A DNA stretch of 36,013 nucleotides from a virus: positions 1 through 36,013 of IMG/VR virus record IMGVR_UViG_3300040801_003188; one strand, given 5' to 3'. The position numbers were made by a program, and so were the translations under genes. Below the pieces are notes generated by a model. That model was not told the DNA's origin. It saw only the letters and a program-made list of their open reading frames with translations, and searched no databases. Numbering within the stretch: the first letter of the stretch is position 1; each line of letters begins with the position of its first letter. This document shows positions 18,203 through 25,054 of this stretch, in pieces.

Positions 18203-18937
18203 TTACAACTCAGGTTCTTCCTCGGCCACCGTATCGCTGCCGTGATCAATGGACTTGATACCAGATCTGATCTGGCCATACATGCTCTCGGCCATGTGAA
18301 AAATTTCCTCAGTAACATAACCGAGCGGCGTTACTTTCATGTTCCAGTAATCGTCACCGTTAGCGTTCTGGTCCTCGATTGATTGGATCTTATACGCCCT
18401 CGAAAAACGATCACCCCCGGCGATACGAATGATGCTATTCCATGCCCGGCTAACCTTGGCCTTGCTTTTGGCCATGGAAATGACAACCTCCTGGATTGGG
18501 CCATCTTGCGGGATCAGCAGACAAAAATGCTGCCCGGTGTCCAAGATCTCGCAATCATTTACGTCCTCTAGGGTGTGCATGAACGATACTGCCTCATCTT
18601 CGGAGTCATACGATCCCTTGAATCCGCCGCCCTTTTTGCGATCCTTCCACACTACCCATTCTTTGCGATACAAAACAGGCACGACAGTAATCTCGGGACC
18701 ATACAGCTCATTGGTTACCGTGTTAAACAACATGCCAGCCTCTGCCCCTTCAATGTACTCAGGCTTATTGGCCTTTACCTGTGGGGACAGGTCTTGCAGC
18801 ACATCGACCCTAGGGATTGTTAGATCATCCACCCCCACATTTTCTGACCCGCGCATACTGCCTGGGTTCATAAAATCCGGACGTTCTTCGCTGAACGACA
18901 TTGCACTACTCTTCTTTTTTGCTACTGCTCTGGCCAT
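18203..18937 (-). CDS. Putative ssDNA-binding/recombination-associated protein with an acidic C-terminal tail
   Basis: 244 aa, located between replication genes, with C-terminus ...DTVAEEEPEL. No catalytic motif is visible. The call rests on context and the tail only. Confidence 0.35.
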   Translation of the reverse strand: MARAVAKKKSSAMSFSEERPDFMNPGSMRGSENVGVDDLTIPRVDVLQDLSPQVKANKPEYIEGAEAGMLFNTVTNELYGPEITVVPVLYRKEWVVWKDRKKGGGFKGSYDSEDEAVSFMHTLEDVNDCEILDTGQHFCLLIPQDGPIQEVVISMAKSKAKVSRAWNSIIRIAGGDRFSRAYKIQSIEDQNANGDDYWNMKVTPLGYVTEEIFHMAESMYGQIRSGIKSIDHGSDTVAEEEPEL

Positions 18938-18976
18938 TTTATGTTCCTCTGTTCACTGTTCACTGTTAAACGTTCA

Positions 18977-19375
18977 CTATTTGGTTAGTGAAGCTCGGCT
19001 AAATGACGATAACTTAAATAAGTCGTCAGGCACCGGTTCACCCTTACTTATCTCTTCCTTGATAAAAGCCTTGAGGGTAGAGCTATTGATCGTAGGAATT
19101 GGGTTAAGCCCACGATCAGCCAACCAAGCATAGGCTTCGTCCTTATGGTCTGCATTGATTGAACATGACAGATCGTCAGTCAACCCCAACCGACCATATC
19201 CTTTTACCCGCACTGATCCATCGATTCCCATCTCCTCAAAAGCAGCTGGGATATCCTGCATGCGGATCTTGTTCCATTCATGGTACAGTTCATTTGATCG
19301 TTGTTTGGCCTCTTCATACGCTTCTTTTGCGCGTTGGAAGCGGGCAGCCAACTCTTGCAATTTGGTTTCGTCCAC
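18977..19375 (-). CDS. Hypothetical protein (N-terminal coiled coil)
   Basis: 132 aa. GTG start follows AGACAGGAGACAAAGAC, the same initiation context as gene 26412..26600. Confidence 0.6.
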   Translation of the reverse strand: MDETKLQELAARFQRAKEAYEEAKQRSNELYHEWNKIRMQDIPAAFEEMGIDGSVRVKGYGRLGLTDDLSCSINADHKDEAYAWLADRGLNPIPTINSSTLKAFIKEEISKGEPVPDDLFKLSSFSRASLTK

Positions 19376-19390
19376 GTCTTTGTCTCCTGT

Positions 19391-19729
19391 CTAAATTACG
19401 TAAATATCATACTTTAGCATGCGATTATTCCATTTGAGAATTTTGTGCTTTACATTACCTCCCCATTGGGCCAAATGTTTACCAATAGCAAGAACTACCA
19501 CTGGGTTACCTGTCATCATTAGATAGTCATGACCAGGGATATACTCACTTAGTGACAGCATGATTTCTGACATTACCCGGCTGTTAGTTTCCCTTGTTGG
19601 GTCATACTGCATGTCCAATGACGGCACCAAATCTTGATGCGTTATGAACACCAACTCGCCGTATTCTTGCGCTGGCGAATAGTTGATCTTTTGTACATAC
19701 TGTGCGACATATACTTTGCTTTGACTCAT
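19391..19729 (-). CDS. Hypothetical protein
   Basis: 112 aa. ATG 19729 is preceded by AGGAGAccgca and lies directly downstream of the promoter at 19754-19782. Confidence 0.65.
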   Translation of the reverse strand: MSQSKVYVAQYVQKINYSPAQEYGELVFITHQDLVPSLDMQYDPTRETNSRVMSEIMLSLSEYIPGHDYLMMTGNPVVVLAIGKHLAQWGGNVKHKILKWNNRMLKYDIYVI

Positions 19730-19753
19730 TGCGGTCTCCTAGTCTATAGTGTT

Positions 19754-19782
19754 ATTATACCACATGCGGCGAGCCGTGTCTA
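19754..19782 (-). promoter_or_regulatory. Sigma70-like promoter: TAGACA-17 nt-TATAAT with TGTGG extended -10
   Basis: The - strand reads TAGACAcggctcgccgcatgtggTATAAT. The -35 overlaps the SNF2 stop codon. The RBS and ATG of 19391..19729 lie about 20 nt downstream. Confidence 0.6.
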
Positions 19783-21522
19783 CCCTCGTTCCGCAAGCTT
19801 AGTGGTGACAAACGTAGATATAGATTGTTTAGTGGCCAGGGCCTCTATTATCATTTTGTCTACCTCGTGATCCAACACCAGATCCACAACAAGAATTCCC
19901 CTGGACCTGTTGTTGTCGTCACCCCTGGCCAATGACTGTTCCCTGTCGTTGTAACTAAATGTGTTTGAGTAATAGATCATAGAGTCCGCATTTTGTAAGG
20001 GCAACCCTCTGCCACCAGTTTGGGCATTAGATAAGAAAAATTGGCAATTGTCGTCCTTATGGAACCTACGTATTGCCTCCGCCCTTTCTTCCGGCGAATT
20101 AACCCCGCCATGATACTCTACGCAACAACCCTCACCAAAATTGCTTACTAAGTGATCTTTTATGATGCTTAATTCAGGCCTGAATCTAGCCCATATGATT
20201 GTTTTACTGTCGCGTCCTATTTGTTCTATTACGTTTAGCAAGCCATCTAATTTTGGATTTTTGTTTAACGGCTTTATTTCGTACTGCTCATCGCCGTTGT
20301 CATCCTTCCCAATGGGGATCGGCAAAAATCCGCCCGCTATTTGTTGGTAACGCAATAGCCGCTCTAATACTGTTTCTACTTCAAGAATGCCGGAATCGGT
20401 CTCTATTGCAAAAATGTCTTTCAACGACGCTATGTGTTGCCGCTGTTCCTTGCTAGGCTCGATATACCTAGTTTCAAAAACAGCATCTGGCAAATTCGGC
20501 ATGGCTTGCTTTTTGGTGACAATATCAATGTACGGGCCAATCAAGTCAAACAATTCGTTAGTATTTTTATACCCTTCAATCGTGCGAAATGAACGACCAC
20601 TACTAGGCCCATGTTTGATTATAATTTCTCGTTCAACTAAATACCTGTTTTTGAACGAATAATAATTCGGCACCCCAATTATGGACCAATTCATGGCATA
20701 AAATTGAGAGTACAAATCTTGCACGCCTTGCGTCACTGGGGTGCCGTTTAACAAAGCGATATACGCGGCACTGCCACATATATCTGTTACCCTGCGCGTT
20801 CTCATAGATTTATGATTTTTGATAGATACTGATTCATCTATGATGACCATCACTTTACGGTCTTTCATAAAATGATTAGCATACTTAAACGCGTTGCCTT
20901 GGCTAAATGCTTCTACGCCGATCACCAAACACGGCATCGGCCCCTGGCCTTCCCCCCTGTGTACTGCATCCCAATCTAAAAACTTGCGGTGTTGCCCGGA
21001 TCGCAACATATGGGAGGAGTGAGGCAGTGTCATAAATTTGGCCAATTGCCCGTCGCTGCCGATCCAAACCGGGCCAACTGCAGATGGCGGTATGATCAAT
21101 ACCGCATTTATTTCCCCCCTTGCGGCCAGTGCTGACGCCCACTGGATAGCAGTGTATGATTTGCCTGCACGCATAGCGTGGGCAAAGTAAAAATACTTTT
21201 TGCCCCAAGCCCTATTTAAAGCTTTTAATTGGTGCGGCCGTGGCGGGTCGCTAGGCCATTGGTGGTCTAAAGGGAACTCGTTCTTTGACTTTTCTACTTT
21301 ATCGTTTATCTTACTTATAGCTACTTTGGCGGCACTAGTTATTTCTTCCTGGTCATACTGAGAAATGATTTCACGAGCTGTGGGTACTATGGCTGGGGCT
21401 TCCCAAGACCTAGACGATTTAATCCACTTAGCTGACGGTATGGTTTTAACTCTACCGTTGTCCCAATAGGGACAACGTATCTGGAACATTCCTTTATTGA
21501 AGTCTACGGTGGCTACTTTCAT
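19780..21522 (-). CDS. SNF2/DEAD-like superfamily 2 helicase
   Basis: Motif II is IIDESVSIKN. The C-terminal helicase motifs are SNAQTGGRGLPLQNADSMIYYSNTFSYNDREQSLARG. The likely start is ATG 21522 (MKVATVDF), 9 nt after AGGAG. The track start at 21582 is a GTG inside the hairpin. Confidence 0.8.
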   Translation of the reverse strand: MKVATVDFNKGMFQIRCPYWDNGRVKTIPSAKWIKSSRSWEAPAIVPTAREIISQYDQEEITSAAKVAISKINDKVEKSKNEFPLDHQWPSDPPRPHQLKALNRAWGKKYFYFAHAMRAGKSYTAIQWASALAARGEINAVLIIPPSAVGPVWIGSDGQLAKFMTLPHSSHMLRSGQHRKFLDWDAVHRGEGQGPMPCLVIGVEAFSQGNAFKYANHFMKDRKVMVIIDESVSIKNHKSMRTRRVTDICGSAAYIALLNGTPVTQGVQDLYSQFYAMNWSIIGVPNYYSFKNRYLVEREIIIKHGPSSGRSFRTIEGYKNTNELFDLIGPYIDIVTKKQAMPNLPDAVFETRYIEPSKEQRQHIASLKDIFAIETDSGILEVETVLERLLRYQQIAGGFLPIPIGKDDNGDEQYEIKPLNKNPKLDGLLNVIEQIGRDSKTIIWARFRPELSIIKDHLVSNFGEGCCVEYHGGVNSPEERAEAIRRFHKDDNCQFFLSNAQTGGRGLPLQNADSMIYYSNTFSYNDREQSLARGDDNNRSRGILVVDLVLDHEVDKMIIEALATKQSISTFVTTKLAERG

Positions 21523-21552
21523 GCCACATATCTCCTGTCTATGTCTTAAAAT

Positions 21553-21578
21553 CCTCCCACGCCCCGGGGCGTGGGAGG
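21553..21578 (-). terminator. Palindrome family copy 2. Possible attenuator between gene 21603..22037 and the SNF2 gene.
   Basis: 26-nt perfect palindrome cctcccacgccccggggcgtgggagg. On the - strand it is followed by attttaa. Confidence 0.5.
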
Positions 21579-21602
21579 CCACGTTACATTGTGGGTCAGC
21601 TA

Positions 21603-22037
21603 TTATGCTGCCTTTTTGGTCTTCTCCTTCTCGGCCTTGGCCAAGGCCCTGGCCTTCTCGGCCTTGGCCTTCTCGACCTTGGCCCTGGCCTTCTCCTTCT
21701 CGGCCTTGGCCTTCTCCGCTTCCTTTACCCGTGCATCGCGGGACTTACGAGCAGAAGCACTGGCCTTATTCAGGTCGGCATTCTCATTCTTTGCCACGTA
21801 GGCGCGAATTCGATTACCAATAATCATGCGCTGCTGGCCTGGGTTCAGATGGCTATAATCCTTGTCCAGCGCAGAACCAGTCAGCTTATCAAACACATCG
21901 GTCACTTCTTCAACGGTCATTCCTTCTAGAACTGCAGCAACATCATCACCACAGTTTAGGGTCTTTGCGCCAGAAGGGCTGCGACCTTTGGTGTACTTAG
22001 AAGTATCGGGCTTAATAACAGTCTTTTCGTCACTCAT
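21603..22037 (-). CDS. LNPGQxRM-motif protein with a Lys/Ala/Glu-rich (histone-H1-like) C-terminal tail. Candidate DNA-binding protein.
   Basis: The likely start is ATG 22037 (MSDEKTV), 6 nt after GGAGA. It is a paralogue of 25647..26168 (DYSHLNPGQQRMIIGNRIRAY vs KYESLNPGQIRMNSGNRLRAA). The tail is KEAEKAKAEKEKARAKVEKAKAEKARALAKAEKEKTKKAA. Confidence 0.6.
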   Translation of the reverse strand: MSDEKTVIKPDTSKYTKGRSPSGAKTLNCGDDVAAVLEGMTVEEVTDVFDKLTGSALDKDYSHLNPGQQRMIIGNRIRAYVAKNENADLNKASASARKSRDARVKEAEKAKAEKEKARAKVEKAKAEKARALAKAEKEKTKKAA

Positions 22038-22090
22038 CGTTTTTCTCCATCGAGGATTAAAATAACATAGGTTATTCAACCTACACCATT

Positions 22091-22120
22091 ATCATAACAT
22101 ACACTGATGATCCACGTCAA
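22091..22120 (-). promoter_or_regulatory. Possible sigma70-like promoter: TTGACG-18 nt-TATGAT
   Basis: The - strand reads TTGACGtggatcatcagtgtatgtTATGAT. It overlaps the stop of 22117..22545 and lies about 50 nt upstream of ATG 22037. Confidence 0.3.
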
Positions 22121-22545
22121 TCTGTATTTGGCTCTTCTTCCTCCTCACGGCAATCTGCTACGGTAAAATCACAGATGTCGCCCATCATGTAACGCAAAGC
22201 ATCATTGAAGGCTAGCATTGCTTTAACTATTGAATCATTTTCTGGCATTTCGCCCTGCAAAAGATCATTCAAAACCGTATTTACTGAGTCTACCATTGGG
22301 TATAGAGGAACAAACAATGGACCAGTTATGTCCTTTTTTACGTGCCTCCACATTTTACTGATCTCTTCCTTCGTTGACGGGTCATCTAGACCACCAAGGG
22401 CGAGACATCCCCATGACGGCGGTTCAATGTTGATATCGAAAGTAACATCAACTAGCTGCGACGCATCGTTTGCTTCAATGGTGACCAAAACTGGCAGTGC
22501 TGTATACTTTTTGCCGCTATCCTCGTTTTCTCCGTCTAATGGCAT
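22117..22545 (-). CDS. Acidic hypothetical protein
   Basis: The likely start is ATG 22545 (MPLDGENED), preceded by GGAGGGAAG inside the end of the upstream gene. The C-terminus is ...CREEEEEPNTD. Confidence 0.6.
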   Translation of the reverse strand: MPLDGENEDSGKKYTALPVLVTIEANDASQLVDVTFDINIEPPSWGCLALGGLDDPSTKEEISKMWRHVKKDITGPLFVPLYPMVDSVNTVLNDLLQGEMPENDSIVKAMLAFNDALRYMMGDICDFTVADCREEEEEPNTD

Positions 22546-22546
22546 T

Positions 22547-23428
22547 TTACTTCCCTCCATTTGGGTGCATGTTGTTGCGACTGAGCTGAATGGTCAAAGT
22601 GATAGCTTTCTTCAACACAGCCTCCATGTTAATTCCGGTTGCTTCATGTATCCACGTCCATGCGTGGTCTGTGGTATCTACCATCCTTTTTGGTATCGCG
22701 GCCACCAATTCATCAATAACTGCGGCAAGCACTTGCTCCTCAATAGCTGCCACTTGCAATGGACTCCTATTAGACCGTTCCTTTTGCTTTGCCGCCTTGG
22801 CCTCGGCCATTTGCTCCTGTTTCTGCTTTGCTTTGGCGATGATTGCCTGTTTGTATGCCGCACCCAAGGTCATCTTGCCTTCATCGACCAGGGGCAGGAA
22901 ATGAGGAGCCCACTCATTGATGTATTTCCTACGCTCGACGTTTTCTTGTTCCTCAGTCAGGGCAGGTTCTTCCGACTCATCGGTAACGGACACCACAGTT
23001 TTATCTTCATCTACCATGGCTTTTACCTGAGATCGAGTGGGCTTTACGCCTTTGGACGCATCCTCCAGGAATTCTTCCCTCAGGATATCAGAAGCCGGTA
23101 TCATTTCAATAAGAACTGTTCGCGGCAATGACCGAGCCCTTGAATCATCAAAAAACTCACGTGCCAGCGCCATCAATTTGTTACGATACTGCTGGCTCAA
23201 CCCCGGCAAAAAAGCTCTGGCCCACGTTCCAAACTCACAGTCCCCGGGCAACAGGGCTCTGGCCTCCAATAGGTGAACACCGGCCTGCATCGCTTTGTCG
23301 GTAGCTTGTTGGGCCAAAGATTCAGCGTTTACAATTTCGGCGTTAATAGATTCGGCCAGTTTGTTAAGCCTGTCTATGGTGTCCAAATCTTTAGGATCAG
23401 GATATTGGTATTTGGTTAATTTAGTCAT
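22547..23428 (-). CDS. Hypothetical protein, DUF3102-like N-terminal region
   Basis: The likely start is ATG 23428 (MTKLTKYQ), 7 nt after GGAGGA. The track start at 23461 lies inside the hairpin. QAGVHLLEARALLPGDCEFGTWARAF...KLMALAREF resembles DUF3102 as I recall it. Confidence 0.45.
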   Translation of the reverse strand: MTKLTKYQYPDPKDLDTIDRLNKLAESINAEIVNAESLAQQATDKAMQAGVHLLEARALLPGDCEFGTWARAFLPGLSQQYRNKLMALAREFFDDSRARSLPRTVLIEMIPASDILREEFLEDASKGVKPTRSQVKAMVDEDKTVVSVTDESEEPALTEEQENVERRKYINEWAPHFLPLVDEGKMTLGAAYKQAIIAKAKQKQEQMAEAKAAKQKERSNRSPLQVAAIEEQVLAAVIDELVAAIPKRMVDTTDHAWTWIHEATGINMEAVLKKAITLTIQLSRNNMHPNGGK

Positions 23429-23456
23429 GTCTATTCCTCCACAGAGTGAAATCACC

Positions 23457-23476
23457 CCCACGCTCCGGGGCGTGGG
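23457..23476 (-). promoter_or_regulatory. Palindrome family copy 3 (7-bp stem cccacgc/gcgtggg, 6-nt loop)
   Basis: cccacgctccggggcgtggg, located between promoter-like 23488-23517 and the RBS of gene 22547..23428. Confidence 0.6.
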
Positions 23477-23487
23477 AGATACGTGTC

Positions 23488-23517
23488 ATGATACCACACA
23501 TCTCCTGTCTATGTCTA
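23488..23517 (-). promoter_or_regulatory. Sigma70-like promoter candidate: TAGACA-18 nt-TATCAT with TGTGG extended -10
   Basis: The - strand reads TAGACAtagacaggagatgtgtggTATCAT. It starts right after the stop of 23518..23838. Confidence 0.45.
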
Positions 23518-23838
23518 CTAATACTTAGATTTTCTGCGTCGGCCCGGCTCGTGAATCGTATTCAACAACTTTTTTGCCAACTCGACAGCACCATCGTGAG
23601 GATTGTGTAACACAGTTTCCCCAGTGTCTACATCATAGTGGAATTTCTCATCCGTCAGTGCCAGCTGTTCGCGTGTCGCACTTCGAGTCAGGATCGGGCT
23701 GCCGTTAATAAAAATTGTCACGGTTATCATGGTTTGGTGTCCTTTGTTTGGTCTGGTCTCCACGCCTCGTTCGAGGAGTTCATAATCGCAGTGCGTACAG
23801 AACACACTGTAGTCCCCGTGCTTTTCACAGTAGGCCAT
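23518..23838 (-). CDS. Hypothetical protein with an N-terminal Cys/His cluster
   Basis: ATG 23838 overlaps the upstream TGA (TGATG), with GGAGGG 6 nt upstream. The N-terminus is MAYCEKHGDYSVFCTHCDYE. Confidence 0.6.
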   Translation of the reverse strand: MAYCEKHGDYSVFCTHCDYELLERGVETRPNKGHQTMITVTIFINGSPILTRSATREQLALTDEKFHYDVDTGETVLHNPHDGAVELAKKLLNTIHEPGRRRKSKY

Positions 23839-24314
23839 CACCTACCCTCCGGTCGCTTCACCAACGTCTCCCGCCAGCGCTCGGGGTCATATTCGGGCAT
23901 ACCAGCGACCCCGCGCAGCGACATCGACGGCGTAGAGCCGCACCAAGACTTTTCCCCAGAACTGGGCTTTTCTGCATAGCCGTACCAGAGACGGGAGCGT
24001 GACGAGTACTGCGAAAAGCGGTCTCCGGCCACCCATTTAATATCAGGGTGGATGTGATCCCACGGAATCATGTCGGAGGTGATGTAAGGCTTAGGGATGA
24101 GGTCAAACTGACTATCCCTGTCCGGGTAAAACCACCCGTCGCGCGGCCATGTGTCCGCACACCACACTCGCAGACCTGGGGCGTAATAGGCAGCGAGAAT
24201 AGGGCGCTTGCCTGGAAGGTCATTAGCGTACAGCCGCACCTCCCAGCCGTTGCGCAGCGTGTGCTCTCGGGTGATGTCGATTTTGTCGGTCATTCTTTGT
24301 CTTTTCAGGGTCAT
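23838..24314 (-). CDS. Hypothetical Trp-rich protein
   Basis: 158-aa ORF, GC-rich, with GAGAGGAAAcgaacATG upstream. Confidence 0.6.
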   Translation of the reverse strand: MTLKRQRMTDKIDITREHTLRNGWEVRLYANDLPGKRPILAAYYAPGLRVWCADTWPRDGWFYPDRDSQFDLIPKPYITSDMIPWDHIHPDIKWVAGDRFSQYSSRSRLWYGYAEKPSSGEKSWCGSTPSMSLRGVAGMPEYDPERWRETLVKRPEGR

Positions 24315-24326
24315 GTTCGTTTCCTC

Positions 24327-24407
24327 TCAGTAAGGCGCGCTCGTGTCTGTGGTTGTGACCTGGATGGGGTCGATGTCGTCAGTCATAAAGCCTTTTTGCA
24401 TTTTCAT
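24327..24407 (-). CDS. Possible 26-codon micro-ORF (MKMQKGFMTDDIDPIQVTTTDTSAPY)
   Basis: Its ATG overlaps the TGA of the upstream gene (ATGA) and it fills an otherwise empty 89-nt gap. There is no other support. Confidence 0.2.
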   Translation of the reverse strand: MKMQKGFMTDDIDPIQVTTTDTSAPY

Positions 24408-24757
24408 TTAAGGCCATCCATTTTTAAGTACCAAGACCAGATGTGGTTTGCTAACAGTGTATTTACTGAGGTTGCCATCTCCTGCTCTCCCGAGGCGAAC
24501 CACCAAACGGTGAACACTGCTGCGGTAAGGTCAATCTTTCCCCCTTCTTGGTGAAGTGTTTTATGCGCCTCCCAACCTAGCCGTACCGCGCTCAAGTCGT
24601 ACTTCGACCAGTGTTTGTCTGGCATGCTCTCAACAAAAGCGCGGAACTCTGGGTCAGGCGTCCCCAGAAACTCACATCTAGCGAGGTACTCAGTATCATT
24701 CATGCCATCACCACTGCCAGCCGAGAGTAGCCCGTAAACAACGAGGCGAATATTCAC
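24404..24757 (-). CDS. Hypothetical protein (start uncertain)
   Basis: 117-aa ORF from GTG 24757. An alternative ATG sits at codon 19 (MNDTEYLARCEF). Confidence 0.5.
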   Translation of the reverse strand: MNIRLVVYGLLSAGSGDGMNDTEYLARCEFLGTPDPEFRAFVESMPDKHWSKYDLSAVRLGWEAHKTLHQEGGKIDLTAAVFTVWWFASGEQEMATSVNTLLANHIWSWYLKMDGLK

Positions 24758-24775
24758 GATATAGCCGCATCATGG

Positions 24776-24943
24776 CTAGTTCCTCTTCTCAGCTACGTTA
24801 GATGCCCCATAAACCCCTAGTGCGCCCAACATGGCGGTTACCCAACCTGTTCCGTCCAGGTGTTCAGTAAACAAGGCAACAGTTGCCAACCCTATGCTGA
24901 TGCACGTCAGCCAGAATTTTCGACTCATATATTTGGGATTCAT
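24776..24943 (-). CDS. Small two-transmembrane-segment protein (55 aa), absent from the ORF track. Holin-like by size and topology only.
   Basis: ATG 24943 lies after GAGGGTGcaaa. Translation: MNPKYMSRKFWLTCISIGLATVALFTEHLDGTGWVTAMLGALGVYGASNVAEKRN, with TAG at 24776-24778. Confidence 0.5.
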   Translation of the reverse strand: MNPKYMSRKFWLTCISIGLATVALFTEHLDGTGWVTAMLGALGVYGASNVAEKRN

Positions 24944-24964
24944 TTTGCACCCTCTATGTGAAAA

Positions 24965-25040
24965 TGGTGGGTCTGGCAGGACTCGAACCTGCAGTCTACC
25001 GATTATGAGTCAGCTGCTTTAACCTTTAAGCTACAGACCC
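24965..25040 (-). tRNA. tRNA with CAT anticodon (elongator Met or lysidine-dependent Ile2), with CCA encoded
   Basis: Folded by hand: acceptor GGGTCTG/CAGACCC; D arm GCTT-AAAGGTTA-AAGC; anticodon arm GCTGA-CTCATAA-TCGGT; variable loop AGACT; T arm GCAGG-TTCGAGT-CCTGC; then A-CCA. G1-C72 is paired, so it is not an initiator. Confidence 0.85.
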
Positions 25041-25054
25041 ACCGAGGTTAAAGG

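Noticed and set aside
18429-19133. Long + strand ORFs inside the - strand arm (18429..19133, 22205..23131, 24048..24554, 13186..13515, 13607..13951 and others)
   Set aside because: They are antisense shadows of well-supported - strand genes (SSB-like, DUF3102-like, purZ and so on). They have no RBS and odd composition rich in Ser/Leu/Cys.
21524-21552. The TAAGACA...TGTGG element upstream of the SNF2 gene as a sixth promoter of the TGTGG family
   Set aside because: The -10 position reads CATGAA, which contains the SNF2 start codon. It looks like a derivative of the 23494-23516 element that now serves as an RBS/start context rather than a functional promoter.
24831-25022. 63-aa + strand ORF
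   Set aside because: It overlaps the hand-folded tRNA (24965-25040, - strand) and the small 2-TM ORF on the opposite strand.
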